Shown: positions 50,930 through 61,869 of the stretch, one piece after another
Position numbering within the stretch: the stretch's first letter is position 1
Layout: every line of letters starts with the position of its first letter
NCBI RefSeq assembly: GCF_003334255.1
Contig: NZ_QOWU01000015.1
Strand: one strand, 5' to 3'
From: Escherichia coli
GTDB lineage: Bacteria; Pseudomonadota; Gammaproteobacteria; Enterobacterales; Enterobacteriaceae
DNA length: 64,000 bases
Position numbers and translations under genes: made by a program
Notes under the pieces: generated by a model
What the model was told of the DNA's origin: nothing
The model's database searches: none
Seen by the model: the letters and a program-made list of their open reading frames with translations, nothing else

Positions 50930-51779
50930 TCAGGATTCCTGACGTAAATAAATAGCCCGATAACAAATACTCACCAGCACTGCACCGCCGATAATATTAC
51001 CCAGCATCACCGGGAGCAGATTGGCGGTAATAAAATGGCTGACCGTCAGAGCCGGAAAATTGTCTGCGCTACTGTGCGCCAGTTGCCAGAAGGGGGGGAG
51101 GGGCGAAATGGCGAATGGCAATGGCGAACGGAATCACAAACAAATTGGCGATACAGTGCTCAAAGCCACTGGCGACAAACAGGGTGATGGGCAAAATCAT
51201 GGCGACGATTTTGTCGCATAACGAACGCCCGCAATAACTCATCCACAGCGCCAGGCAAACCATCAGATTGCACATAATGCCGAGGCTGACAGATTCAGTA
51301 AATGTATGATGCATTTTGCCCTCGGCGCAGTGTAAAACCGCGACTCCCCACATCGCGTTTTCACTCATCACCAGCCCGGAAAACCAGATTAACAAACTGA
51401 AACAGGCAATACCTGCCAGATTACCGCAGGCCACCAGAAGTGCGTTAATCAGCCAAGTTCGCCAACTAATAACGCCCCGACTTTTTGCCATCACCGTCAT
51501 TACCGACGAGGTGAACAGGCTGGTGCCGCAAACCGCCAGCAAAATAAAGCCGAGTGTAAAGCAAAGGCCGCCCACCAGATGGGTTAATGCCTGTGAAGAC
51601 GGGGCATCGGCGATAACGGAAAGGTAAAAAGTAAATCCAATCGTCATAAACACGCCAGCGGACATCGCCATTAAAAAGACCGATACTTTGCTGCGGGCAA
51701 TTTTATGGGCAGCAATCCGTTCAGCGATTGCCGCTTTTCTGGCGCTCAACTGCAAGTCGAAAGAGAGTTTGTTTCTCAT
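50930..51779 (-). pseudogene. focB: focB (formate channel FocB) interrupted by a +1 frameshift
   Basis: Two overlapping minus-strand ORFs (51069-51779 and 50930-51121) together cover an FNT-family protein. They are joined by removing one G from the G7 run at 51092-51098. The span is 850 nt, where 849 would give an intact 282-aa protein. Confidence 0.75.
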
Positions 51780-51800
51780 GCATACTCCTGCAAAAGCAGA

Positions 51801-53816
51801 TTACAACACCTCGCGAACCGAGATCCCCAGACGCTGCATTCGTGACAGCAGCGTGGTGCGCTTCATCCCTAATCGTGTCGCCGCGCCACGGGGCCCGGCA
51901 ACAATGCCATTGGTTTCTCGCAATACCTGAACAATGCGCTGACGTTCTTCTTCGTCATTCTCTGGCGTCGTCGGGTGCAGCAACTGCGCCATTGAACTGC
52001 GAAGCGCTGAATCTTCATTTAGCGTCGGCAGTAAACGGCTTTGTCGGACATTAAGATGTAAATTCAGACTGTTACCGCGAGTCAGCAGTACCGCTCGCTC
52101 AATCACGTTTTCCAGCTCGCGCACGTTGCCCGGCCAGTCCCACGACATCAACTGGCGTAGCGCCTCGGTTGGGATGGCGTCAATTGCGCGATTCATATGG
52201 CGCGCCATTTTTTGCGTGAAATGTTTTGCTAAAAGAGGGATATCTTCCGGACGGTCGCGCAGCGGCGGCAATTCCAGTGGGAAGACATTCAGGCGATAAA
52301 AGAGATCGCTGCGAAACTGGCGATCTTCAACCATTTGCCACAAATCACGGTTGGTGGCGGCAATGACTCTGACATTCACCGGGATCGTTCTACTCCCGCC
52401 GAGACACTCAATCTCCCGCTCCTGCAATACGCGCAGCAGTTTAGGCTGAAGTTCTAACGGCAGATCGCCAATTTCATCGAGAAACAACGTGCCGCCATCG
52501 GCAATTTCAAAACGACCACGATGGGTATTAATCGCACCAGTAAACGCCCCTTTGTCATGACCGAATAACTCACTTTCCAGAAGACTGGCGGGGATGGCAG
52601 CGCAGTTGATTTTGACCAGCGGCTTGTCGTGTCGCGGGCTAAGTTGATGGATCGCTCTGGCGATCACCTCTTTGCCGGTTCCGGTTTCACCACAAATCAA
52701 CACCGTACTGTCGCTCTTCGCCACAATATCTACCTGCTGGAGCAGGTCTTCCATTGCCTGGCTTTGATAGATAATGTCACCGACGCCCAGATTTGAAAGG
52801 AGCTGCTCGCTAAGCTGGTGGTTTTCTTGCTGCAAACTTTCCTGCAAATCGGTCATGCTGCGCCAGGCATCGGCATTGCCAACGGCAATAGCGATGCGAT
52901 CGGCTATGTGTTGTAGTAGCTGGCAGTTTTCCTCACTAAAGAGAGTGGAAGAGGTATGCGCCAGCAACAATGCACCCGGTGTATGGTTGCCAAAGGTAAG
53001 CGGTATCAGGAGCGCAGATTCGCAGCCGTTAGATGCAAGTAAGAGTAATAACGGGTCGCGTTGCCAGAGAAACAGATCATCTGCACGATGCGTCAAGGTC
53101 GGTTGTCGGGTTTGTAGCGTTTGTGTCAGCAATACACTGTCGCCAGGCATATTGCGTGGCAGACACGCACAATGTGAGGCAGAAAGATCGCTGCACCACA
53201 GGCTGAACTTCTCGTTCTTTCGATGATCGCCCAGTACCATACTGACTGAAGCCAGACCGAAAAAATGATGGATCTCACGGGCGACGTCAGCGATCAGATC
53301 GTCGAGATCAAGATGTGACAGCACTGCATTAGTAATATCAACCAGTACCCGATGATGATCGCGATCTTTCTCCAGCAAACGCAGCGCCACCTGTTGTTCT
53401 TCATCATTGAGCCATGATTGCAGAACCGGGGTGATTATGCGTGTCAGCCAGTTAAACAGTGTGCAATCCTGGGGAGTAAAACGACTGCCGTGGGTGCGAA
53501 TAAAGCGTAGCTCCGCCATTCCACTACTGCCGAGAAGGACGGCGTGACGCGAATAATCGACCATCTCGCCCTGATACTCTGTTGTTGCCGTCACATCGCT
53601 GCCATCATCATGGTAGCGGTAATAGAAGTTGCTTTTGAGAACATGCAGTTCAATAAGTTGTACCGGGCTGAACGGCGGCGGCAGCGGGATGAAGGCGCGT
53701 AATAAAGACGCCTTGCCGTGTTTCTGTGCTAACCGCTCCGCGAGCATTCCGTTTACCGCTTCAATTGTTATTCCTTGTGGCGGGGCAAACATCGCCTCGT
53801 CTGACATAGCCATCAA
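51801..53816 (-). CDS. hyfR: HyfR, sigma54-dependent activator of the hyf operon
   Basis: 671-aa ORF: GAF-like N-terminus, AAA+ sigma54-interaction domain ([14 protein letters not shown]), C-terminal HTH. Intact. Confidence 0.93.
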   Translation of the reverse strand: MMAMSDEAMFAPPQGITIEAVNGMLAERLAQKHGKASLLRAFIPLPPPFSPVQLIELHVLKSNFYYRYHDDGSDVTATTEYQGEMVDYSRHAVLLGSSGMAELRFIRTHGSRFTPQDCTLFNWLTRIITPVLQSWLNDEEQQVALRLLEKDRDHHRVLVDITNAVLSHLDLDDLIADVAREIHHFFGLASVSMVLGDHRKNEKFSLWCSDLSASHCACLPRNMPGDSVLLTQTLQTRQPTLTHRADDLFLWQRDPLLLLLASNGCESALLIPLTFGNHTPGALLLAHTSSTLFSEENCQLLQHIADRIAIAVGNADAWRSMTDLQESLQQENHQLSEQLLSNLGVGDIIYQSQAMEDLLQQVDIVAKSDSTVLICGETGTGKEVIARAIHQLSPRHDKPLVKINCAAIPASLLESELFGHDKGAFTGAINTHRGRFEIADGGTLFLDEIGDLPLELQPKLLRVLQEREIECLGGSRTIPVNVRVIAATNRDLWQMVEDRQFRSDLFYRLNVFPLELPPLRDRPEDIPLLAKHFTQKMARHMNRAIDAIPTEALRQLMSWDWPGNVRELENVIERAVLLTRGNSLNLHLNVRQSRLLPTLNEDSALRSSMAQLLHPTTPENDEEERQRIVQVLRETNGIVAGPRGAATRLGMKRTTLLSRMQRLGISVREVL

Positions 53817-53842
53817 CAGTCCTTATTAATGAGAAATCCTTC

Positions 53843-54256
53843 TCACGCAATTTTTCTGGCCATCAGATAGATAGCCGGTTCCAGCACAATTTCATCCAAC
53901 AGATGAATGAATTGAATGCTACGCGCTTGCCACACAGACGTCGCGTCATCTGCCAGTGGCGCGAATGCCCGGGTCAACAGGGCGGTGTGGCTGGCGTCAA
54001 TAACAATCTCACCAAAAGTCATCACCCCCAGCATCTTACGTCGGGCTTGCTCCTCTTCGACCAGTGCAAGCCAATCTTCGTATTCCGTCAGTGGGCAGCG
54101 GAAGGCGACATTCAGACAATCAATCACGCCAACGTGATGACCGATAGCCAGCGAGTAATACATTACCTGAGAGCTGTGTTCCGGCATCTCGTCGCTACTG
54201 GCGACAAACTTTTTTCGCAGCGTCCAGAAAACAATTTCCCCGCACTCTTCAGTCAT
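53843..54256 (-). CDS. hyfJ: HyfJ (HycH-like hydrogenase maturation factor)
   Basis: 137 aa from ATG 54254-54256 ([11 protein letters not shown]). Confidence 0.85.
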
Positions 54257-55006
54257 GTAACCCCCTGAGTACGCGAAAGAGTTGCTGAACGATACTATTG
54301 AGACGTGGATCGTCGGCATCGCGCAACCAGGTGTTAACCCGATTTCCTGTAGGATCGTCGCTTAAATGGCGCAGGAGCCGATCGCAAATTTCTCGCCCCT
54401 GACGATAGCCCGCCAGCCGCCGCGCTTCTCGCTCAATGGCGATACGCTGTGATGGCGGGATCTGTGGCCACAACGGTTGCATAGTCACCCCGGTGGGATC
54501 GCGATAATCCACAGCGTGAATCTTCTGTTGCAGCAAACCGAGCGCCACGGCGAAACCGTGAATGGTGGCGGCCGGTGTTGGCGGGCAGCCGGGGATCCAA
54601 ACATCAATGGGGACAATGGTGTCGCTGCCGCCCCAGACGCTGTAGAGATCGTGGAAAATACCGCCGCCGACACCGCACGCGCCGTAGGAAACACAGATTT
54701 ATGATCGGGGGCAGACTCATACGCCCGAAGTGCAGGCATACGCATCGCCCGGGTGACTGCGCCAGTAAATAACAAAATATCGGCGTGACGCGGTGATGAA
54801 ACAACCTTAATGCCAAAACGTTCTGCGTCGAATACGGGGGTGATGGCAGCAAAAATTTCGATTTCACAGGCGTTGCAGCCACCGCAATCGACGCGATAAA
54901 CGTAGGCTGAGCGACGGATATCCTGTAGCAAATGCCGCTTCATATTTTGCGTTTGCTCGTCCAGCGTGATGGGCTGGCTGACATATTGCGTAAGCACTGG
55001 ACTCAT
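54249..55006 (-). pseudogene. hyfI: hyfI (NuoB-like hydrogenase-4 small subunit) interrupted by a -1 frameshift
   Basis: N-terminal ORF 54485-55006 (with [10 protein letters not shown]) leaves the conserved frame after ...YESAPDHK. The conserved continuation ([13 protein letters not shown]...IPGCPP...) is in the other frame and runs to the stop at 54249. A T3 run at 54698-54700 is one base short. The span is 758 nt, where 759 would give 252 aa. Confidence 0.75.
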
Positions 55007-55542
55007 AGCTGCTCCTTAGCCACCAGCGGTACATCTGTATCGTCGTTGAGCAGCGTCGCGCGTTGTTTGCACTCCGGGCAGACGCTCGCTTGCGCCCATA
55101 ACATTTCGCGGTTTTGTGGCGCATTTTGTTGCTGTGCCAACAATTCAGCAGCCAGTGCGACGGTTTTTTGCGGGGCAAACGGGCGTTCGCAACGGCTGCA
55201 ACGTTGTAGATGGAACGTCGCGCGGGTATAGAGATCGGCTTTATTGGTGACGGTCAGTTCAAAGTTATTGGTAAGCTGGATGGCTCTGGTCGGGCACACT
55301 TCTTCACAACGTCCGCAGTAAATACAACGCCCCAGATAGAGCTGCCAGGTGCGCGAATTTTGCTGGTCGTCGGTCTGGATAGTCAGCGCATTTGCCGGAC
55401 AAGCACAGGCGCCGCAGGCAATACATTGGCTGGGCATCAGGTCCGGTTTCCCGCGAAAGCCTGGGCTGACCTCCAGTGGCGCGAAGGGATATTTCACCGT
55501 CGCGGTTCCGGCGCGCATAATAGTTTTCAGTAACTTCAGCAT
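55003..55542 (-). CDS. hyfH: HyfH, 2x[4Fe-4S] ferredoxin-type subunit
   Basis: 179-aa ORF with [10 protein letters not shown] and [12 protein letters not shown] motifs. Confidence 0.93.
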   Translation of the reverse strand: MLKLLKTIMRAGTATVKYPFAPLEVSPGFRGKPDLMPSQCIACGACACPANALTIQTDDQQNSRTWQLYLGRCIYCGRCEEVCPTRAIQLTNNFELTVTNKADLYTRATFHLQRCSRCERPFAPQKTVALAAELLAQQQNAPQNREMLWAQASVCPECKQRATLLNDDTDVPLVAKEQL

Positions 55543-55551
55543 CTTCTGTCC

Positions 55552-57219
55552 TTACTTCAGCGGCGAACGGTTACGATCAATGCCGTAGCGTTCGATCTCT
55601 TTATACGGCACGGTTTTTGACTGGCGCTTGCGCACATCTACCAGCGTCACACGGTCGGTACAGGAGTAGCAGGGATCAAGGCTACCGATAATCAGCGGTG
55701 CGTCAGAAACGGTATTGCCGCGCAGCATGTAACGCAACACCGGCCAGTTGGCGTAGGTGGCGGCACGGCAGCGCCAGCGGAACAATTTTTGGTTATCACC
55801 GAGCATGCTCCAGTGCACGTCTTCACCGCGTGGCGCTTCAACAAAGCCCAGCGCGAATGCGTGAGGTTTATAGCTAAAGCCTTCGGTCAGCAGTGGGGTA
55901 TCCGGCATGTTGTCGAGGGCAAATTCCAGCATTGCCAGCGAATCAAACGTCTCTTTGACACGGACCATCACGCGGGAGAAAACATCGCCGCCGGTAAAGG
56001 TAAACAGTGTTTTTGGAATATTGCCGTAGTCGGCGTAGGGGTGATCAAAGCGCAAATCACGGGCGATTTGTCGGTCGAGAATGCCAATGCCCTGAGTGCG
56101 TTGTTCCATATTCGGCGTAGCAAGCAGCATCTCTACCAGCTCCGACACGTCGGCGCGCATCTCGCGCACCAGTTTCAGCGTTTGCAGACGTTGCTCTTTG
56201 AGAATATCGCGGCGAACACCACCAATCAGATTCAGACCGTAGGTTTTACGCGACCCGATCAGCAATTCCGCCATCGTCATCGACTTTTCCCGCACGCGGA
56301 AAAATTGCATAAAGCCGGTATCAAAACCAACGAAATGGCAGGAGAGGCCAAGGTTAAGCAAATGACTGTGTAGCCGTTCGACTTCCAGCAGAATCGAGCG
56401 AATAGTATGTGCTCGTTGCGGCACCTCAATCCCCAGTGCATTTTCAACCGAATTGGTATAGGCCACACTGTGGGCAAAACCGCAAATCCCACACACGCGG
56501 TCCGATAAGAAGGTCACTTCGTTGTAGCCCATCCGCGTTTCTGCCAGTTTCTCCATGCCGCGATGGACATAAAACAGGCGGTAATCAGCATCGACAATTT
56601 GCTCGCCATCCACAAACAAGCGGAAGTGACCCGGTTCATCGGAGGTGATATGCAGCGGGCCGACAGGGATCACCCGCGCATCGCTGTTGCCCTCATTGAT
56701 AAACGGATACGTTTCGGAATCAGTCGTCGGTTCAGGGCGCAGTCGATAATCCATCGCATCTTTGCGCAGCGGATGCATATCTTCCGGCCAGTCATCGGGC
56801 AACACCAGGCGACGCTGATCCGGCAGGCCAACCGGAATCAGCCCGTACATATCGCGAATTTCTCGCTCGCCCCAGACCGCGGCAGGGACGCGCGGTGTGA
56901 CTGACGGAAACTCCCGACTGTCGGCATCGACCAGCGCCTTCACCACAATCCAGCATTTTTCGGCCCCTTCCATTGAAAGGGCATAATAAACCGCGTAATG
57001 ACCGTTAAGTGTCCGCTCGTCGTTGCCAAACAGGACCGGAAGCCAGCCATCATGTTGATAATAAAGATACTGTACAACGTCAGGCAGCAGATTGATTTTC
57101 ACCGTAATGGTGACCTGTTCAGGCGTTTGTCGCTCTTCATCCAGCACCGCGCCGGGGAACTGCGTTTTCAGGGCGGCGAGAATCGCTTCGCCACGATTTG
57201 ACGATGAATTAACGTTCAC
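55552..57219 (-). CDS. hyfG: HyfG, hydrogenase-4 [NiFe] large subunit
   Basis: 555 aa from GTG 57217-57219; N-terminal [10 protein letters not shown] and C-terminal DPCYSCTDR nickel-binding motifs. Confidence 0.95.
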   Translation of the reverse strand: MNVNSSSNRGEAILAALKTQFPGAVLDEERQTPEQVTITVKINLLPDVVQYLYYQHDGWLPVLFGNDERTLNGHYAVYYALSMEGAEKCWIVVKALVDADSREFPSVTPRVPAAVWGEREIRDMYGLIPVGLPDQRRLVLPDDWPEDMHPLRKDAMDYRLRPEPTTDSETYPFINEGNSDARVIPVGPLHITSDEPGHFRLFVDGEQIVDADYRLFYVHRGMEKLAETRMGYNEVTFLSDRVCGICGFAHSVAYTNSVENALGIEVPQRAHTIRSILLEVERLHSHLLNLGLSCHFVGFDTGFMQFFRVREKSMTMAELLIGSRKTYGLNLIGGVRRDILKEQRLQTLKLVREMRADVSELVEMLLATPNMEQRTQGIGILDRQIARDLRFDHPYADYGNIPKTLFTFTGGDVFSRVMVRVKETFDSLAMLEFALDNMPDTPLLTEGFSYKPHAFALGFVEAPRGEDVHWSMLGDNQKLFRWRCRAATYANWPVLRYMLRGNTVSDAPLIIGSLDPCYSCTDRVTLVDVRKRQSKTVPYKEIERYGIDRNRSPLK

Positions 57220-58789
57220 TGTGTTTCTCCGAAACAGATGCGGTGCCTGAAGGCAAAAAATCATGCCAGGTGCTACGTTGTGCAGGCAGATCGTGCGTCC
57301 CTGAGAGGACTATAGTGGAAGCGCCCGCCAGGATCCTGATGACAGGTTGTGGAATATGCGTTCCCATCGCCAGCATCATGACCAGCAGAATCACCATTGG
57401 CGAGGTGGTCAACCAGCCGAGATCACCCCGGTTAACGGCCTGCGGCGGTTTCGCCATTAACACCCGCGCAGCCATCCGTACCAGGCCCGCCAGCACCAGC
57501 GTTAACAGCAATAACAGCAGGACGATAATCAGCAGGTGATTACGTGCCAGTCCGGCGGTAATGGTCATAAATTCGCTAAGAAAAATGTTGAAGGGCGGCA
57601 TCCCTGCCAGCGCCAGCGCACCGCCGCCAAACAGCACGGCGGTAAATGGCATGATTTTGAGCATCCCACAGACGACGTTGAGATCGCGCGTGCCGTACTT
57701 GAGCAGTACATTGCCGGAACCGCAGAACAGCAGCGTTTTTGCCAGACTGTGGTTTAAGATGTGCAGCAGCGCGGCAAAAATTCCCAGCGGCCCGCCAATG
57801 CCTAGCGCCACCGCGACCAGTCCCATGTTCTCCACGCTGGAGTACGCCAGCAGACGCTTAATGTCCCGCTGTACCAGAATGAAAAATGCCGCCACGGCAA
57901 CCGACAACATGCCGAAGATGAGCAACAACCGGTTGGGGAAATCGCTGCCGATGGCCTGGCAAATAATGATGTAATAGCGAATCAGCACCAACAGCGCGCA
58001 GTTCAGCAATACGGCGGAGAGTAGGGCGCTGACCGGACTCGGCGCTTCACTGTGAGCATCCGGCAGCCAGGCGTGCATGGGAAATAGCCCGGTTTTGGTA
58101 CCAAAGCCAATTAGCACAAACACAAAGGCCAACAGCATTAATGTTGGATCAAGCAAGGACGATTGCTTAAGAACCTCGCTCCAGAATATCGCCATTTCTG
58201 CCTGCGGCATAACGCTGGCGGCGTTGGCGTATACCAGCACGGTACCGAACAGACCAAAAGCGACACCAACAGTACAAATAATGATGTACTTCCATGCAGC
58301 TTCCAGCGATGAACGCTGACCGTAAATGCCTACCAGAAACGCCGAGCTTAAGGTGGTGGCTTCGATCGCCGCCCACATCACAATCAGGTTATTGCTGGTA
58401 ACAACCAGCAGCATGGTGAACAAAAACAGATGGAAGAAACCGTAGTAATCGCACAGCGTAACGGGTGAAAGCTCGCCGTGCTCCACTTCATGACGCATGT
58501 AGCCAATCGAGTAAACACCGGTGAGAAAGCCAATCACACCAAGAATGGCGAGGAACAAACCGCCCAGACCATCAATATGAAGCCACAGTCCCGCAGCGAA
58601 TATTTCTCCTGCATCAGCGGCAGTTTGGACCACCCAGAGTGCCAGAATCAGCAGCAGTGTGATCCCTAAGCTATGTAATACGGTCACCGTACAAGTCGCA
58701 GAGAGCCTCCGTTTCCGGCAGGCAAAACAGAGCAGCGAAAAAAGCAGCGGCGTGAGCAGGAGTAAAGCGAACATCACAGAATAACTCAT
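57209..58789 (-). CDS. hyfF: HyfF, NuoN/L-like antiporter-type membrane subunit
   Basis: 526-aa multi-TM ORF. Confidence 0.93.
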   Translation of the reverse strand: MSYSVMFALLLLTPLLFSLLCFACRKRRLSATCTVTVLHSLGITLLLILALWVVQTAADAGEIFAAGLWLHIDGLGGLFLAILGVIGFLTGVYSIGYMRHEVEHGELSPVTLCDYYGFFHLFLFTMLLVVTSNNLIVMWAAIEATTLSSAFLVGIYGQRSSLEAAWKYIIICTVGVAFGLFGTVLVYANAASVMPQAEMAIFWSEVLKQSSLLDPTLMLLAFVFVLIGFGTKTGLFPMHAWLPDAHSEAPSPVSALLSAVLLNCALLVLIRYYIIICQAIGSDFPNRLLLIFGMLSVAVAAFFILVQRDIKRLLAYSSVENMGLVAVALGIGGPLGIFAALLHILNHSLAKTLLFCGSGNVLLKYGTRDLNVVCGMLKIMPFTAVLFGGGALALAGMPPFNIFLSEFMTITAGLARNHLLIIVLLLLLLTLVLAGLVRMAARVLMAKPPQAVNRGDLGWLTTSPMVILLVMMLAMGTHIPQPVIRILAGASTIVLSGTHDLPAQRSTWHDFLPSGTASVSEKHSER

Positions 58790-58793
58790 CTCA

Positions 58794-59444
58794 TTATCCC
58801 TTCAGCGCGGTCAAGTCGTTCACGTCCAGCGTGCCGTGGGTACGCCATATTTTTCTTGCCAGTAACACCATCACAATGACGGCGAAGATGGCGTCGGTAG
58901 CGATACCTATTTCCACCAGTTCCGGTGCTCGCCAGGCAAGAAGCGCCAGCACCAGATGGGAGCCGTTTTCCATCAGGCAGTAACCAAAAATTTGCCGCAG
59001 GATATTGCGCTGGCTGACAATGCACAGCAGGCCAAGCAGAAAATGACCTAACGCTACCGCCAGCGCCGGTTTCAGCCCGGTAGCCATCGGTAGCTTCACG
59101 GGCTGAACGACAAATGCGCAAAGCAGGACAATTAACGCCGCGAGCAGTGCCATCATTGCCGGACCGAATAACGCTTTTTCCGGGATGTTCTGGGGAATAT
59201 TTCGTGCAGCGTAAGTCATGATTAACGGTACCAGCAGCACTTTGGTGATAAAGGCGCTGGCGGACCAGATCAGCAGTTGCTCTGCGGCGAACAGGCACGA
59301 GAGGGTGGCGAAAATAGACACCAGCACCAGTGACTGGCAGGCGTAAAATCCGCATGACAGGCGATAGCTTTTGACGCTAATCACAAACAGCGATGTCAGC
59401 ATCATCAGTCCCGCCAGATTATTTACGATCATAGAACCGGTCAT
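58794..59444 (-). CDS. hyfE: HyfE membrane subunit
   Basis: 216-aa multi-TM ORF. Confidence 0.9.
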   Translation of the reverse strand: MTGSMIVNNLAGLMMLTSLFVISVKSYRLSCGFYACQSLVLVSIFATLSCLFAAEQLLIWSASAFITKVLLVPLIMTYAARNIPQNIPEKALFGPAMMALLAALIVLLCAFVVQPVKLPMATGLKPALAVALGHFLLGLLCIVSQRNILRQIFGYCLMENGSHLVLALLAWRAPELVEIGIATDAIFAVIVMVLLARKIWRTHGTLDVNDLTALKG

Positions 59445-59455
59445 TCATCATCTCC

Positions 59456-60895
59456 TTACTGCAACCAGGTCGCGGCGATTACGCTGGAAATCAGCGACAT
59501 CACAATCAGTACAATCAACACCAGGCGCATTGATCCTGGCAGCGGTGCGGCATCGGCGACGGCCTCGCTCGGTTTGCCAGGCACAACGCGACCAAACCAG
59601 CGAATAAACCAGGCGAAACTGGCGACCGATTCAATCATCAGCAGAATCAGGGCGGGCAGCAGGATCCAGTACTCCACTGACAACGCAAAACCGGCAACAA
59701 ACAGCGGGAATTTACTGAAGAAGCCGTTGAACGGCGGTACGCCGGTAATCGCCAGCGCTACCACGCAGAAACCCACGCCTGGCAACGGCAGGGTGTGCAA
59801 TACGCCACGCAGACGCGGCAACAAGCGCGTGCCGCAGCTGTAACTCAGCGCACCTGCTACAAGGAAAAACAGGCTTTTAGCGAACGCGTGGTTGACGATG
59901 TAGGCGATGCTACCCTCCAGCGCCAGCCGCGAGCCGAAGATGGAGAGCGACAAGCCGAAGAACATCCAGCCAAGTTGAGTGATGGTCGACCAGGCCAGCA
60001 ACCGCTTCATATCCTGCTGTGGCAAATACATCAGGAAGCCATAAAGAATGGTGACCAGCGCCATGACCATGCCAACGCCGCCAATCACATGCGGGATATT
60101 GCCGCCGTCGATAATGGCGCGGGCAAAAATGTAAACGCCCACTTTCACCATCGATGCGGCGTGGAGATAAGCGCTGATCGGTGTTGGCGCTTCCATTGCA
60201 TCCGGTAGCCACGCTTGCATCGGTAGCTGGGCCGATTTCCCCCACGCGGCAAACAGGATGCCGCCATAAACCAGATAACGTGCGTCGCCGTGTAACTCGC
60301 TCATCGCGCTAAGCGCAAACGTTCCGGTCTGCAAAAACAGCGTGGCGGCGGCAAGATACAACCCCAACGAACCGATATGGGTGATAAGCAACGCTTTTAG
60401 TGCTGAACGCTGCGCTTTATCGCTCTGATAATAACTGATCAACGCCCAGGAGCAGCCGCCCGTAATTTCAAAAAACAACAACTGACCGAGCAGCGTCGAG
60501 GAGAGTACCAGTCCCGCCATCGCGCCGATAAACACCAGCAAAAATGCGTAATAACGATTCGTGCCGTTATGCGGGTGTTCGCGATTTTTATCCGTCAGAT
60601 AACCCGTGGAGTAGATCGTGACCAGCAAACCGAGAAACACCACCACAAACAGAATCAGCGTACTCACGCGATCAATGACCAGGCCAAACAATGCCACATC
60701 CCCCACGTTGACCAACGTCAACGTGACGGCAACTTTATCGGCCTGATAAAACGCGGAGATCAGCGACAACATGCACAGCGTGGTCAGCGCGGCGAACAAA
60801 ACCCCCCATTCGGCGGCCCGACGTTGTGGCGAAAACGAAACGACCAGTGCGCCGATAAAAGGCAGCATTAACGTCGTCAGAGCAAGATTTTCCAT
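59456..60895 (-). CDS. hyfD: HyfD, NuoM/L-like antiporter-type membrane subunit
   Basis: 479-aa multi-TM ORF. Confidence 0.93.
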   Translation of the reverse strand: MENLALTTLMLPFIGALVVSFSPQRRAAEWGVLFAALTTLCMLSLISAFYQADKVAVTLTLVNVGDVALFGLVIDRVSTLILFVVVFLGLLVTIYSTGYLTDKNREHPHNGTNRYYAFLLVFIGAMAGLVLSSTLLGQLLFFEITGGCSWALISYYQSDKAQRSALKALLITHIGSLGLYLAAATLFLQTGTFALSAMSELHGDARYLVYGGILFAAWGKSAQLPMQAWLPDAMEAPTPISAYLHAASMVKVGVYIFARAIIDGGNIPHVIGGVGMVMALVTILYGFLMYLPQQDMKRLLAWSTITQLGWMFFGLSLSIFGSRLALEGSIAYIVNHAFAKSLFFLVAGALSYSCGTRLLPRLRGVLHTLPLPGVGFCVVALAITGVPPFNGFFSKFPLFVAGFALSVEYWILLPALILLMIESVASFAWFIRWFGRVVPGKPSEAVADAAPLPGSMRLVLIVLIVMSLISSVIAATWLQ

Positions 60896-60911
60896 ATTCC
60901 GTCAGTGCTCC

Positions 60912-61859
60912 TTACAGACCGGTTAACCAGAAGACCCATGCAAGCGCAGCAAGGCTGAAGCCAAGCCAGGTCACATGGTGAATGAGTAAAAAACGCCCGC
61001 GTGCCAGCGTGTTTTCTGCGATTGAGGCCAGTACAAAAATCAGCAAAACCTTGAGCAGCGTAACGACAAGTGAAGTCAGCAGGCAGGCGAGAGAAAGTTC
61101 TTGCGCGCGCCCAAAGGGCAGAAACAGGGCCACAAACAGTGCTGCCATCACGACCTGTTTCAGCCCCAGCCCCCATTTCGCCAGCGCCAGCCCGGCACCG
61201 GAATATTCTGTCAGCGGGCCTTCCTGTAATTCCTGTTCTGCTTCAGCAACATCAAAGGGAATTTTTCCCATCTCAATGAAGCAGGCAAAACCACAGGCCA
61301 GTAACGCCAGTACGGTGGTTAGCGGCGAGTTCCAGCCCATCGCCAGCGTATTGCTGATCATCTCGATATGCGTGGAATCCGCTATCAGTGCCAATACCAG
61401 CAGTGAGAGAATAAGCATGGGTTCGACCAGAATGCCGAGCGTCAACTCGCGACTGGCACCGACTCCCGCAAACGGACTTCCGGTATCCAGCCCGGAAAGA
61501 GCAAAGAAAAAACGAAACAGGGCAAGAAGATAGATAAGGGTGATCAGATCGCCGCCGCCCGCAAAAGGGGAAACGGTAATAAATAGTGGTAGGGCCATCG
61601 CCAGCACCAGCATGCTGCTGATTAATACCCAGGGCATCAGGCGGAACATCAGACCTGAAGATGTCGGCGCAACTTCCTGGCGTTTAAACAGTTTGTGGAT
61701 ATCGCGATAATCCTGCCAGATCCCCGGTCCGCGGCGGGAGTGCATTCGCGCGCGTATCTGCCGGGAAATACCCGTAAAAAGTGGGGTTAGCATCAGCAGA
61801 ATCACGGCCTGTGCTAACGCAAAAATGACCAGATATCCGTCGCAAAGAGTTTGTCTCAT
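60912..61859 (-). CDS. hyfC: HyfC, NuoH-like membrane subunit
   Basis: 315 aa from ATG 61857-61859 (MRQTLCDGY). Confidence 0.93.
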   Translation of the reverse strand: MRQTLCDGYLVIFALAQAVILLMLTPLFTGISRQIRARMHSRRGPGIWQDYRDIHKLFKRQEVAPTSSGLMFRLMPWVLISSMLVLAMALPLFITVSPFAGGGDLITLIYLLALFRFFFALSGLDTGSPFAGVGASRELTLGILVEPMLILSLLVLALIADSTHIEMISNTLAMGWNSPLTTVLALLACGFACFIEMGKIPFDVAEAEQELQEGPLTEYSGAGLALAKWGLGLKQVVMAALFVALFLPFGRAQELSLACLLTSLVVTLLKVLLIFVLASIAENTLARGRFLLIHHVTWLGFSLAALAWVFWLTGL

Positions 61860-61869
61860 GGTGATTTCC

